A stretch of 64,000 bases of DNA from Psilocybe cubensis. Lineage: Eukaryota. Where the stretch lies: contig CM039003.1 in assembly GCA_017499595.2 (NCBI GenBank), positions 2,728,001 through 2,792,000 of the forward strand. The letters are read 5' to 3'. The notes under the pieces are model-generated. The model saw nothing but the letters and a program-made list of their open reading frames with translations, searched no databases and was not told the DNA's origin. Positions within the stretch are counted from its first letter, which is position 1; each line of letters opens with the position of its first letter. Shown here in pieces: positions 32,801 through 44,307 of the stretch. The translations under genes and the position numbers were made by a program.

Positions 32801-34848
32801 GGATTAAATAGAGAAAAATTTAATATTTACCATCGGAAGAAGAATCCTGCTCATATTTGGATCCCACGTCAGTTTCCTTCGGCGGAGAGGGTGTTTGTGT
32901 ATGATCTAAAGAAGGATCTGCTTTATGTTCTGGTTCAGCAGAAGCGGCAGGAACGACAACAGGGGTAGCTGAGTCAGAGGGGACGAAAGTAGCCGTAGCG
33001 AGAGGCGGCGAGCGGGGTTCCTCGGCGGGTGGACTGACTGGAGCAACGGGGCGAGGAGCGAAAGGGTTGATGCCCCCCATCTTCGCAATGCGATCTGCAA
33101 CACGTTTCTTTCGTGCTTCTTCTTCCTCAGGATCCTCATTCCCCTCGACATCTTCGTGAGGCGTCTTATCCAGTTCGTCTACGTGGAGCGCATGCGGCGC
33201 GGAGTGCAATACAGGGACGGGGGGAGAGTCTATAACGATTGGTGAAGTTAATACGTCTGCTTCAGGAATAACCTCCTGCGCAGACGACAAAGAGGAAGGA
33301 GGGGGAGAGCGGACGCCATTGGTTTCTTCGACCAATGTGGAAGGAGCTAAAGGAGATTGGAGATAAATCGACGACGCAGACTCTGGCACCTCTTCTTCAA
33401 TATTAGAGATAGGTTCGGATTCTGGCTCATCTTCGAGTATCTTAGGATCTTGGTGTTCAATTATCTTAACAGCCTCTTCGATAAGAGCAGATTGCTCAGG
33501 TAATTTAGCTGTAGCTTCATCCAAGGATGTATTATTGTCCAGTTCAGCAACGGTGTCCGTGGTCTTCTGTGAAACAGCAGCGTCGACAGAAGCTTCAGGT
33601 TTGTTCTCTGCAGCAGGCTCGACAGGTGGTTCAATAGTTTCTTCGGGTTTTTCTTCAGTAACGTCGGATGGAGGAAGAGTCGGTGCCTTGGCAGGTTTCT
33701 TTCGAGGAGGCCCAGCTCGTCGTGGGACGCTTGGGACAGGCATTGATGTCGGGTTGCGGGAGGACTGAGAATCTGTGGTGTCAGACGACTTAATTGATGC
33801 TGCCTCTGAATTCTTTCTCGTTGGAGGGACGTCTGGTCAAACGGTGTTAAGACAAGCGACAAATGATGCGATGGAAAGAATCACTACCTGGAGATATGGT
33901 TTGCTCTTGTTGAACGGGGGCATCAGAGGGCGGTGAACCTACGACGTCTGAAAGCAATCAACATATATTTAAAATGATGGCATGGAGTGTTTGCTCACCG
34001 CTGGCACGAGAAGGACCTTCCACAGGCTTGGGAACTACATTTCCAACGATATCGGCTTGCACTGGCTCTTCAGAAGGCTTTGATTCCTCCTTTGGTGGAA
34101 CGGGCGCTTCCTCCTGGGTTGGCCTTCGTACTGGGGGCTTTTTCCCAATAGTAGGAGGAGCCATACCGACTCTAGCTCCTCCTAATCGAGCCATGCGGGC
34201 CGCGATGGCAGCACGGCGCTGTCTCTCCTCTTCTTCAGGATCCACAACTGTCTGTTCACCCTCCTGTCCACCCTCCTCAACTGGAACACTAGGCGCAGCA
34301 GAATCATCTCCAACTTCAGGTGTCGATACAATTTCAGCGCTCTCACTAGATTTCAACGAGACAGGTGGCGATAGCGTTCTTTCGACTGCTGCAGCGATAG
34401 CAGCAGTGGCGTGTTCACCCGTCTGATCGTCGTCATCAGCAGGGGCCTGCACTACCGGTGGGGGTTTCCATTTTGGTCTCTCAACAGCAGGTTTGGGCGC
34501 TGTCGGTGGCACGGGTGCTCCAAATGCTCCTTTTCCTTGTAACGCAGCCATGCGATCCTTCAGACTGCCTCCCTTAGTGATGCTCTCCTTAGCATCAGAC
34601 GCAGACATGGTTCCCACTTTCGAAGCGCCTACAGATGTGTGTTCCGTGCTCGATGTCGCCGATGCAGATGGCGAAGAAGGGGGGGAGGGGGCCTTAGGTT
34701 TCCATGATGCAAATCCCGCTGGCTTTGGTCGGGGTGCCGGTGCTGCTGCTGGTGCTGGTGCCGCATTCGCGGTCTTCTCGAAGGCGGCGATCCTATCACG
34801 CAAAGAGCCGGGTTTTGGCTTTGGTGGTTGCGAGGGCTGGTCAGACAT
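29876..34848 (-). CDS. Large Pro/Glu-rich protein with Bbc1/Aim3-like C-terminal domain (probable actin-patch adaptor)
   Basis: Long Pro-rich exons (ORFs 33958-34866, 32820-33743, 31818-32639, 29910-31514). Folded C-terminus DIMPGDLVEIQDAKLKGHKGLQTYHQSVG…VVGEFEAKKSKIRVFQANQH…VESVSYRLEDLKSGLVKVYRV. Stop TAG at 29876-29878. Confidence 0.7.
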
Positions 34849-35501
34849 CGAGCAGCCGATATTCAATGTGTATCGCTGGTAGTGGTAGTAGTAGGGGTTT
34901 CAACTCTGGAGCACGACCGCTCGATCTGAGACGGTCGCAATTCATATTCGACCACGCGTTGAGAATTTCCCACGCTCATGCCCCTAAATAGCACGGCAAC
35001 AAAGTAACCAGGGCGGCAAATTCAAGGGACATACGTACAAGGAGGTATAAGGCAGGCCCAAGAAATTATCTACCCATTGAACTAATACAAACCCCCACAT
35101 GTATGGCTCTCAAAGGTAAATGCTTTCTCTTCATATCTTTGGGAGGTGCTTCAAAACTTCGGTGTGCCTTTAGTATCTAGTATCCGTTTCGTCGTTGAAT
35201 TAATTATCCTATCCAAGTACAGTACCACCCCTGTCTGCCTCCACGTACATTTTAATTTGATTCCGTTATTGCTTTAACCAAATGATGTCATCTACAAGTC
35301 TGGCGAACAGGGTTTGTGACTTTAGGAAGGTTGCGAACTGGATTCCAAAAACAGGGGACGGGACTCAAAGAAAGAGAATTGTATAGTCCGGGTACCTGAT
35401 AGTAGTGTTTTTGGTGGGTATACTAATAAATACTTACAGCCTACAATTTGCCTACCAGGTCCATCAGAAATGACACATCAGGGGGAAGATACGTCGCCTG
35501 A

Positions 35502-37772
35502 TTATGCAACTTCTTTCTTGCGTGGTGCAAGTAAGGGAGAACCATCCAAATCATTACTAAAGGCAATCTTAACAGCCTTGTTTGGCTGGATGTTGCTTTC
35601 AGGCGATCTGGGATGCTTTACAGCTTTTTCATGCTTCGGCTGTGGACTGACGAAATCGTGCCAACCGGGAGCATTCTTGGGCCAATCCTTGCCGAGGGAA
35701 TCCTTCAAAGTTGATTCCATAAGTAGATAAAGCTGCACTCCGAGCTCATTGGTTTCGCGGATAAAGGTTTCTTGAGCCTGTTCACGAGTAAATCGGTGTT
35801 CTTCTATAAGTTCGTCGATGTGGATGTGAGACCCTGCAAGACGAATGCGAAACTCGAAAATAATACTTTTGAAGAGTTTAGCTATCAGGCTTGTCAGTGG
35901 TTCATTTTCGTTAACAACGAAGTCTATGAAGCTAGAGTGATTGCTGGTGACGAAACGTAGTTTGCCTGCCCCGCCAGTGTTTAATTCGCCTGGTAAGCCT
36001 CGGTTAACTTGGTCAAATAGATCTTCCATGGTATTTTGCAACCTTATAGGCACAATGTTGGTCTTCATGTAACGCATAGTGCAGTAAAGAAGGGCCCAAA
36101 TAAAAGACTCGGCGTCGTCGATGCGGTGGTGAACCTTTGACGGGTCCTCGAGAAGTCCTATTGACATGAACTGCCAAGTTCCCTAGAAAAAATTCAACAG
36201 AGATAGTATCATCCGGAAATTAATACTACATCAATGCAAAGTACGTACCGCCCGAGATTGATGCTTCTTGTCCGTGAGAGGAGTATGTGTTTCAATATTG
36301 TAGTGCGCCGCGAGGTCCCAGTCGTTCAGAACCCCGCCTGCACCATCTCTCCTCCGTAGGATATTTCCTATGCTCACATCTCGGTGTAGAATCCCACAGA
36401 GCTGGTATGCATCCTGGTGGGCTGTTGCGAGATAGGTGAGCATCAATCATGAACATAATTGCATGCTTACCGATTACAGCGTCATGGACAGCCTCAACCA
36501 ACTGCTTTGGGTTCTCGAATTCCCAAAGAGGAAGACCAACGATGTCTTCGACAAACCGAATGTGCACTCTCTTTATAATATCCTTCGTAACTCCACCTGC
36601 ATTCCATTCCGCTGCGGCATAATCCTGGGTGATTGTCATGTGGCCAGCAATGTCATCGCCGTAGAGGTATTGTGGTACATTTCGAACGCCATGTTTGTTC
36701 AAAATCTGAAGTATGTCGGTTTCCTTTTCCGTGCCTTGCGCACACGATCTCCAGGAATCCTTCAAAAAGAGAATGTCCTCCCCCTCGGGACGATTGGGGT
36801 CCCATGCCGGGTATCCTCGAGTCGCTCTTCCAGTCACCAAGTAGGGTTCTGATAAGGCTCCCCAAACATAAACTGTATGTGCCACCCCACCAGCATTTGT
36901 TGGAATATCCATTTCGAGAACCTTGACGTTATCATTTTGTGGTCGCCATTGGTTCAGCTTACTCTGTGCCAGCTTAACTTTCTCATCGTCCAGAGGCACT
37001 ATTCTGACCGTTGTATCGTGCCCACGAGCTTCGTCAGTGGTTTGAGAGTGTCGCCAGAGAAATTCCAAAAGTAAATGTCCATCAATCCGATAATTAATCT
37101 GTTCGGAGACGAGCGCACCCGCACGATCAAACCGAATAATCCGTGCGTAGGGGTCCCCAATATCCACGATGTAGCAATGCGTGCGGTGTTGAGCTGTAAG
37201 CCACATTTTTGCATAGTTGTATATCTGCCTTGGGCACACCTTGTTCGCGTCGCCTCTAGCCTCGAAAGGATGTTGTGATTCGGTTGAATCCGACTGGCTT
37301 TCCGAGTCAATGCTATCCTTGGTGGCTCTATGATCAAAAGGGTCCGCTTTGTCTTGCTGGGTTGTGAACTCGAAAATCAACTCCACCTCCATGTAGTCGA
37401 TGCTGTTTTTCGGGACTGCTACGCTCTGTTTATACGCCACCACAGCAGGCACCAAAGGCTTTGAATCTGCATAGGAATATGTCGACGAGTTAACCAGCTG
37501 GAACCCTGAAATAGCTTGACTCTCTTCAAGACGTTGAATCTTCATATATTTCAAGCAAAAGTAAAGCAATCAAAATGAAGGAGATAAACAGAGCGACTTA
37601 CGAATGAATCACGCGTCTCCTTCTCCTCGTTCTGTGTATCCAACGCAGAGAAGAAATCATGCTCGAAACTCGGTACGGATTTGGTCTTCATGTCTACCAC
37701 TGGCAACAACTTCAGCATATCTTCGATAGGCATAGGGCCTATAAATCGGCCTTCCATATGAGCAGCACCCAT
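35502..37772 (-). CDS. FunK1-type kinase copy D
   Basis: Same 4-exon structure and kinase motifs (HRDVSIGNIL, DWDLA, GTWQFMS, HHRIDDAESF); ATG GGT GCT at 37772. Confidence 0.87.
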
Positions 37773-38313
37773 CCTGCAGTGTTTTCGGCCCACTGGAATA
37801 TGGGTCAGATTTACTGTATGATGTTTGGATCGCAGCAAGCTGTGTTTTTCAGCCACCAAAGGTCTACTAACAGGGAATGGCTTGAGATATTGCAAGTATG
37901 TCAGGATAAAACGGTTATTGACGAATAAAAGCGCGCCTACGCACCAACTCTGAACGCGTTCCTTACTTCGAACACTGATCTCGTGTCGTAACTTTAGGGC
38001 AGGCGTTTGTGCGTCGGACTTTACCTCGAGTTTCTCTCCATTCTGCAATCCTCTTAAACTTCAACAAATTTTCATCTGGGCAGCAAGCTCGAGGTTTGGA
38101 TTCAAACCTCCAATCTGACAAAGGGTCATGAAAACAGAATTAAATATCAAACATTAAGTTCAAAGCAAATTATTAATATGATAGTACTTGAAAGCGGATG
38201 AATAACAATTGCAAAATCCAAGATGACAAAGGGAAAATGCATGCTATGTACTTGAAGATCGAGTAGCGTCTTTAGGATTATATACTGATTCCTACTTGAT
38301 CCATTATTGCGTA

Positions 38314-40610
38314 TTAGAATATGTTGGGTCTGATCTGGGACACCAAAGATGAAGACCCGGAAGAAAGGTATGGCGTATCATTGGAATGCTTCTGTCTCTT
38401 CCTTGGTTGGCGCGAGGGAGACCCATCCAAAACAGAACTAAATGCGGAGTGAACGGGATGCTTTTTAGCATTTGCGGTCTTTAACAGTTCGAGGTAGTCG
38501 TGCCAACCGAGATCACTGTTTGGCCAATCCTTGTTGAGGGACTCCTTTAAAGTTGATTCCAAAAGTTGATAAAGCTGTACTCCTAACTCGCTGGTTTTGC
38601 GGTCAAAGATTTCGTGAGCCTGTTCGGAAGTATATTGTTGGTTTACCATAAGCTGTTTGACGCATTTGCGCAACTCCAAAAGATGGCAACGGTATGTATA
38701 AACAATGTCTTCAAAAAGGGTATCTATGAGATCCGTTAGTGGTTCATTTTCGTTAACAACGAAGTCTCTGAAGCTAGAATGATCGGCGGTGACGAAAGAT
38801 TGTTTGCCTGCCCCGCCTGTGTTTAATTCGCCTGGTACGCCTGGGTTAACTTGGTCAAATAGATCTCCCATGGTATTTTGTAACCTTATAGGCACAATGC
38901 TGGTCTTCATGTAACGCATAGTGCAGTAAAGAAGGGCCCAAATAAACGACTCAGCATCGTCGATGCAGTAGTGAACCTTAGACGGGTCCCGGAGAAGTCC
39001 TATTGACATGAACTGCCAAGTTCCCTAGAAAAAATTCAACAGAGATAGTATCATCCGAAAATTAATACTACATCAATGCAAAGTACGTACCGCCCGAGAT
39101 TGATGCTTCTTGTCCGTGAGAGGAGTATGTGTTTCAATATTGTAGCGCGCCGCGAGGTCCCAGTCGTTCAGAACCCCGCCTGCACCATCTCTCCTCCGTA
39201 GGATATTTCCTATGCTCACATCTCGGTGTAGAATCCCACAGAGCTGGTATGCATCCTGGTGGGCTGTTGCGAGATAGGTGAGCATCAATCATGAACATAA
39301 TTGCATGCTTACCGATTACAGCGTCATGGACAGCCTCAACCAACTGCTTTGGGTTCTCGAATTCCCAAAGAGGAAGACCAACGATGTCTTCGACAAACCG
39401 AATGTGCACTCTCTTTATAATATCCTTCGTAACTCCACCTGCATTCCATTCCGCTGCGGCATAATCCTGGGTGATTGTCATGTGGCCAGCAATGTCGTCG
39501 CCGTAGAGGTATTGTGGTACATTTCGAACGCCATGTTTGTTCAAAATCTGAAGTATGTCGGTTTCCTTTTCCGTGCCTTGCGCACACGATCTCCAGGAAT
39601 CCTTCAAAAAGACAATGTCCTCCCCCTCGGGACGATTGGGGTCCCACGCCGGGTATCCTCGAGTCGCTCTTCCAGTCACCAAGTAGGGTTCTGATAAGGC
39701 TCCCCAAACATAAACTGTATGTGCCACCCCACCAGCATTTGTTGGAATATCCATTTCGAGAACCTTGACGTTATCATTTTGTGGTCGCCATTGGTTCAGC
39801 TTACTCTGTGCCAGCTTAACTTTCTCATCGTCCAGAGGCACTATTCTGACCGTTGTATCGTGCCCACGAGCTTCGTCAGTGGTTTGAGAGTGTCGCCAGA
39901 GAAATTCCAGAAGTAAATGTCCATCAATCCGATAATTAATCTGTTCAGAGACGAGCGCACCCGCACGGTCAAAACGAATAATCCGCGTGTAGGGATCACC
40001 AACATACACGACGTAGCAATGCACGCGGTGTTGAGCTGAGAGCCACTTTTTCGCATAATTGCATATCCGCCTTCGACACACCTTGTTCGCGTCGCCTCTA
40101 GCCTCGAAAGGATATTGAGACTCAGATTCCGACTGGCCTTCTGAGTCAATGGTCTTGACGGCTCTACAATCAAAAGGGTCGGCTCTTTCACGTGTGTTTC
40201 TAATGTCAAAAGCCAACTCCAGCTCCGTGTAGTCAATGTTGTTTTGAGGAACTGTTACGCTCTGTTTGTACACCACCACATCCGGCACCAAAGCCTCTGA
40301 ATCTCCGTAAGAATATTTCGACAAGTTGATCAGCTGGAACCCAGGAATAGCCTGACTCGCTATAACACGTTGAATCTTCAAACATTCCAAAGCAAAGCTA
40401 GAGTAATCAGAAATACATAGATAGAATAGATGGACTTACTAATGAATCAGACATCTCTTTCTTCTCGCCCTGTACATCCAACGCAGTGAAGTAATTATGC
40501 GCGAAATTCAGCATGGTTTTGGTCCTTAGCTCCGCTACTGGCAACAACTCCAGCATATCCTCAATAGGCATAGGGCCCACAAATCGGCCTTGAAGATCGA
40601 CCGCACCCAT
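38314..40610 (-). CDS. FunK1-type kinase copy E
   Basis: Near-identical to copy B over exons 1-3, with an intact last exon; kinase motifs present. Confidence 0.87.
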
Positions 40611-41317
40611 GAATCCCACAGTGTTCCGCCCAGAATACGGTACTGCTTGATGTTTGGTTCGCTGCAAACTGTGTTGTCCGTCCACCTAAAGTCTATTGGC
40701 AAGGAATGGTTTGAGATATCGCAAATATATCGTGTTAAATTAGTTATTTCCACGAACCAACTCTATGCATGCGGCGCACACTCCGTACTTCGAAGACTGA
40801 CCTCGTGATCTGACCTTAGGGCAGGCGTTTTGGAGTTGTACTATTGTGAGTCACTTCAAGTTCCGAGTCACAGCGGTACTCATCGACGACAGTTCAAGCC
40901 TCGAGATGTTGGAAACAAGTTGGAAATCAGACTTCAAAGAAAATTTCAACAGTATCAAACTTGATAGTAAAGAATTCTCTTATTTTTCTCACCTCGAGTT
41001 TCTCTCGAGTATTCTCCAATAATCCTCTTAAACTTCCACAAATGTTCATCCGAGCTTCAAGCTTTGGGTTTGAATTTAAACCTCCAATCTGACAAAGGTT
41101 GTTCAAAACAGAATTAAATATCAAGCATTAAGTTCAAAGCAAATTATTAGTATGATAGTACTTGAAAGCTGATGAATAAAAATTGCAAAATCCAAGATGA
41201 CAAAGGGAAAATGCATGCTATGTACTTGAAGATCGAGTAGCGTCTTTAGGATTATATACTGATTCCTACTTGGTCCATTATTGCGTATTAGAATATGTTG
41301 GCTCTGATCTGGGACAC

Positions 41318-43584
41318 CTAAGATAAAGACCCGGAAGAAAGGTATGGTGTATCATTGGAATGCTTCTGTCTCTTCCTTGGTTGGTGCAAGGGAGACCCAT
41401 CCAAAACAGAACTAAACGCGGAGTCGACGGGATGCTTTTTAGCATTTGCGGTCTTTAACAGTTCGAGGTAATCGTGCCAACCGAGATCACTGTTTGGCCA
41501 ATCCTTGTTGAGGGACTCCTTTAAAGTTGATTCCAAAAGTTGATAAAGCTGTACTCCTAACTCGCTGGTTTTGCGGTCAAAGATTTCGTGAGCCTGTTCG
41601 GAAGTATATTGTTGGTTTACCATAAGCTGTTTGACGCATTTGCGCAACTCCATAAGATGGCAACGATATGTATAAACAATGTCGTCAAAAAGGGTATCTA
41701 TGAGATCCGTTAGTGGTTCATTTTCGTTAACAACGAAGCCTTTGAAGCTAAAATGATTGCTGATGACGAAAGATAGTTTGCCTGCCCCGCCAGTGTTTAA
41801 TTCGCCTGGTAAGCCTCGGTTAACTTGGTCAAATAGATCTCCCATGGTATTTTGTAACCTTATAGGCACAATGCTGGTCTTCATGTAACGCATTGTGCAG
41901 TAAAGAAGGGCCCAAATAAAAGACTCGGCGTCGTCGATGCAGTGGTGAACCTTTGACGGGTCCTTGAGAAGTCCTATTGACATGAACTGCCACGTTCCCT
42001 GGTAATAGTACATTGTTAGCCGCAAGTCATCACCCGAGCAAATCAAGTCACTCACCGACCGAGATTGCTGCTTGAGAGGAGTATGTGTTTCAATGTTGTA
42101 GCGTGCTGCTAGGTCCCAGTCATTCAGCACTCCACCTTTACCATCTCTCCTCCGTAGGATATTTCCTAGGCTCACGTCTCTGTGTAGAATTCCGCAGAGC
42201 TGATACGCATCTTGGTGAGCTGCCGCAGGATATTTGAATGAGCATTGAATCACGAAAATTCACTCCATGCTTACCAATTATAGCATCATGTATAGCCACG
42301 ACCAACTGCCTTGGGTTCTCGAACTCCCAGAGAGGAAGACCGACAACGTCTTCAACGAATCTAATGTGCACTCTCTTTATAACGTCCTTCGCGACTCCAC
42401 CTGCATTCCATTCCGCTGCGGCATAATCCTGGGTGATTGTCATGTGGCCAGGTATGTCGTCGCCGTAGAGGTATTGTGGTACGTTTCGGACACCATGTTT
42501 GTTCAGAGTCTGAAGTATGTCGGTTTCCTTTTCCATACCTGGCGCACAAGATCTCCAGGAATCCTTCAAAAAGACAATGTCCTCCCCCTCGGGACGATTG
42601 GGGTCCCATGCCGGGTATCCTCGAGTCGCTCTTCCAGTCACCAAGTAGGGTTCTGATAAGGCTCCCCAAACATAAACTGTATGTGCCACCCCACCAGCAT
42701 TTGTTGGAATATCCATTTCGAGAACCTTCACGTTATCATTTTGTGGTCGCCATTGGTATAGCTTACTCTGTGCCAGCTTGAATTTCTCGTCGTCTAGAGG
42801 CACTATTCTGACCGTTGTATCGTGCCCACGAGCTTCGTCAGTGGTTTGAGAGTGTCGCCAGAGAAATTCCAGAAGTAAATGTCCATCAATCCGATAATTA
42901 ATCTGTTCAGAGACGAGCGCACCCGCACGGTCAAAACGAATAATCCGCGTGTAGGGATCACCAACATACACGACGTAGCAATGCACGCGGTGTTGAGCTG
43001 AGAGCCACTTTTTTGCATAATTGCATATCCGCCTTCGACACACCTTGTTCGCGTTGCCTCTGGCCTCGAAAGGATATTGAGACTCGGATTCCGACTGGCT
43101 TTCTAAGCCAGTACTATCCTTGGTGGCTCTATGATCGAAAGGGTCGGCTCTATCTCGTGTGGTTCTAATGTCAAAAGCCAACTCCAGCTCCATGTAGTCG
43201 ATGCCGTTTTGCGGGACTGCTACACTCTGTCTGTACGCCACCACATCCGCCAACAAAGCCTCTGAATCTGCATAGGAATATGTCGACGAGTTGACGAGCT
43301 GAAACCCGGGAATAACTTCACTCGATATAACACATTGAATCTTCAAACCGTCCAAAGCACAGGTAGAGTAATCAGAAAGTTGTCAGAAAGACAAAGATAG
43401 TACAGGGACTTACGAATGAATCACACATCTCCTTCTTCTCTTCCTGTACATCCAACGCAGAGAAGCAATCATGCGCAAAGTCCGGTATGAATTTCGCCTT
43501 CAGATCCGTAACTGGTAACAACTTCAGCATATTTTTGATAGGCATAGGGCCTACAAATCGGCCTTCTACATCAGCAGCACCCAT
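41318..43584 (-). CDS. FunK1-type kinase copy F
   Basis: Kinase motifs HRDVSLGNIL, DWDLA, GTWQFMS; 4 exons; ATG GGT GCT GCT GAT at 43584. Confidence 0.87.
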
Positions 43585-43915
43585 TACCCGGAGTCCTCGT
43601 TTCGAGCAGAAATAGTACGAGTTAGGTTTGCTGTTTGACGCCTGGATCAATGCAAGCCTTGAAAGCGCCTCTGCCTGCCGAAGTCTTCGCAACTATTAAG
43701 GGAGAATAAGCAGGCTAATAATGCGTCGTTCTTTTTCAAACTTCCACGCATTGACCTCGTGATCGAAGTACAACTTCAGGGCAGGCTTTTTTGCCTGACA
43801 CTTGGGCGCTGAGCGCTAAACCTCAAATTTACTCCCCCGGGAGATCCTCTCCACATATCAGTCAAGTACTATGTTGCGCTTGCACTTGAGAAAATCTCAT
43901 TCGACTCCCGCGCCC

Positions 43916-43990
43916 GATAGGCATAGGGCCCCCAAATAGATTTTCAACATTGGCATTACCCATCCTGCAGTGTTTGACCCACTGGAATAT
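43916..43990 (-). pseudogene. Relict of a further FunK1 exon 1 / 5' end
   Basis: Reverse strand reads ATG GGT AAT GCC AAT GTT GAA AAT CTA TTT GGG GGC CCT ATG CCT ATC (MGNANVENLFGGPMPI). Its upstream DNA (CCCATCCTGCAGTGTTT…CCCACTGGAATAT) matches 37768-37801. Confidence 0.7.
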
Positions 43991-44138
43991 CTATCACAAA
44001 GAATTGGGGAGACCGAATGGATTACTGTGTCCGCGCGTCCGCCGGACATCCGCCGGACAGACTCACGTGACTACCTCGTCACGTCGCGTCTCAATGTACA
44101 TTGCGCGCGCTCTCGCGCGCTTTGTATATATACTCAAC

Positions 44139-44279
44139 AACCCTAAAAACTAATCCCTAACCCCTAATCCCTAACCCATAATCCCTAACCCCTAATCCCT
44201 AACCCCTACACCCAACCCTAAACTACCTAATCCCACCCCTAAACTACCTAATCTAATTAATTAATTAATCCAACCCTAA
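44139..44279 (+). repeat. Interstitial telomere-like repeat (CCCTAA variants)
   Basis: Four tandem 14-mers TAATCCCTAACCCC (44151-44206; one has a C>A change) flanked by degenerate AACCCTAA/CTACCTAA units. Confidence 0.85.
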
Positions 44280-44307
44280 GAAATAAAACAAACTGCTAAA
44301 ATATGTC

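Noticed and set aside
30018-34991. Plus-strand ORFs of 80-180 aa (e.g. 30889-31425, 33974-34426)
   Set aside because: Antisense shadows of the GC-rich Pro-rich gene; no independent motifs.
18114-43018. Repeated alternative-frame and antisense ORFs within the kinases (e.g. MSINHEHNC…, MGSLIRTLL…)
   Set aside because: They recur only because the kinase genes are near-identical duplicates.
44139-44279. True chromosome end
   Set aside because: Short, degenerate and flanked on both sides by ordinary sequence.
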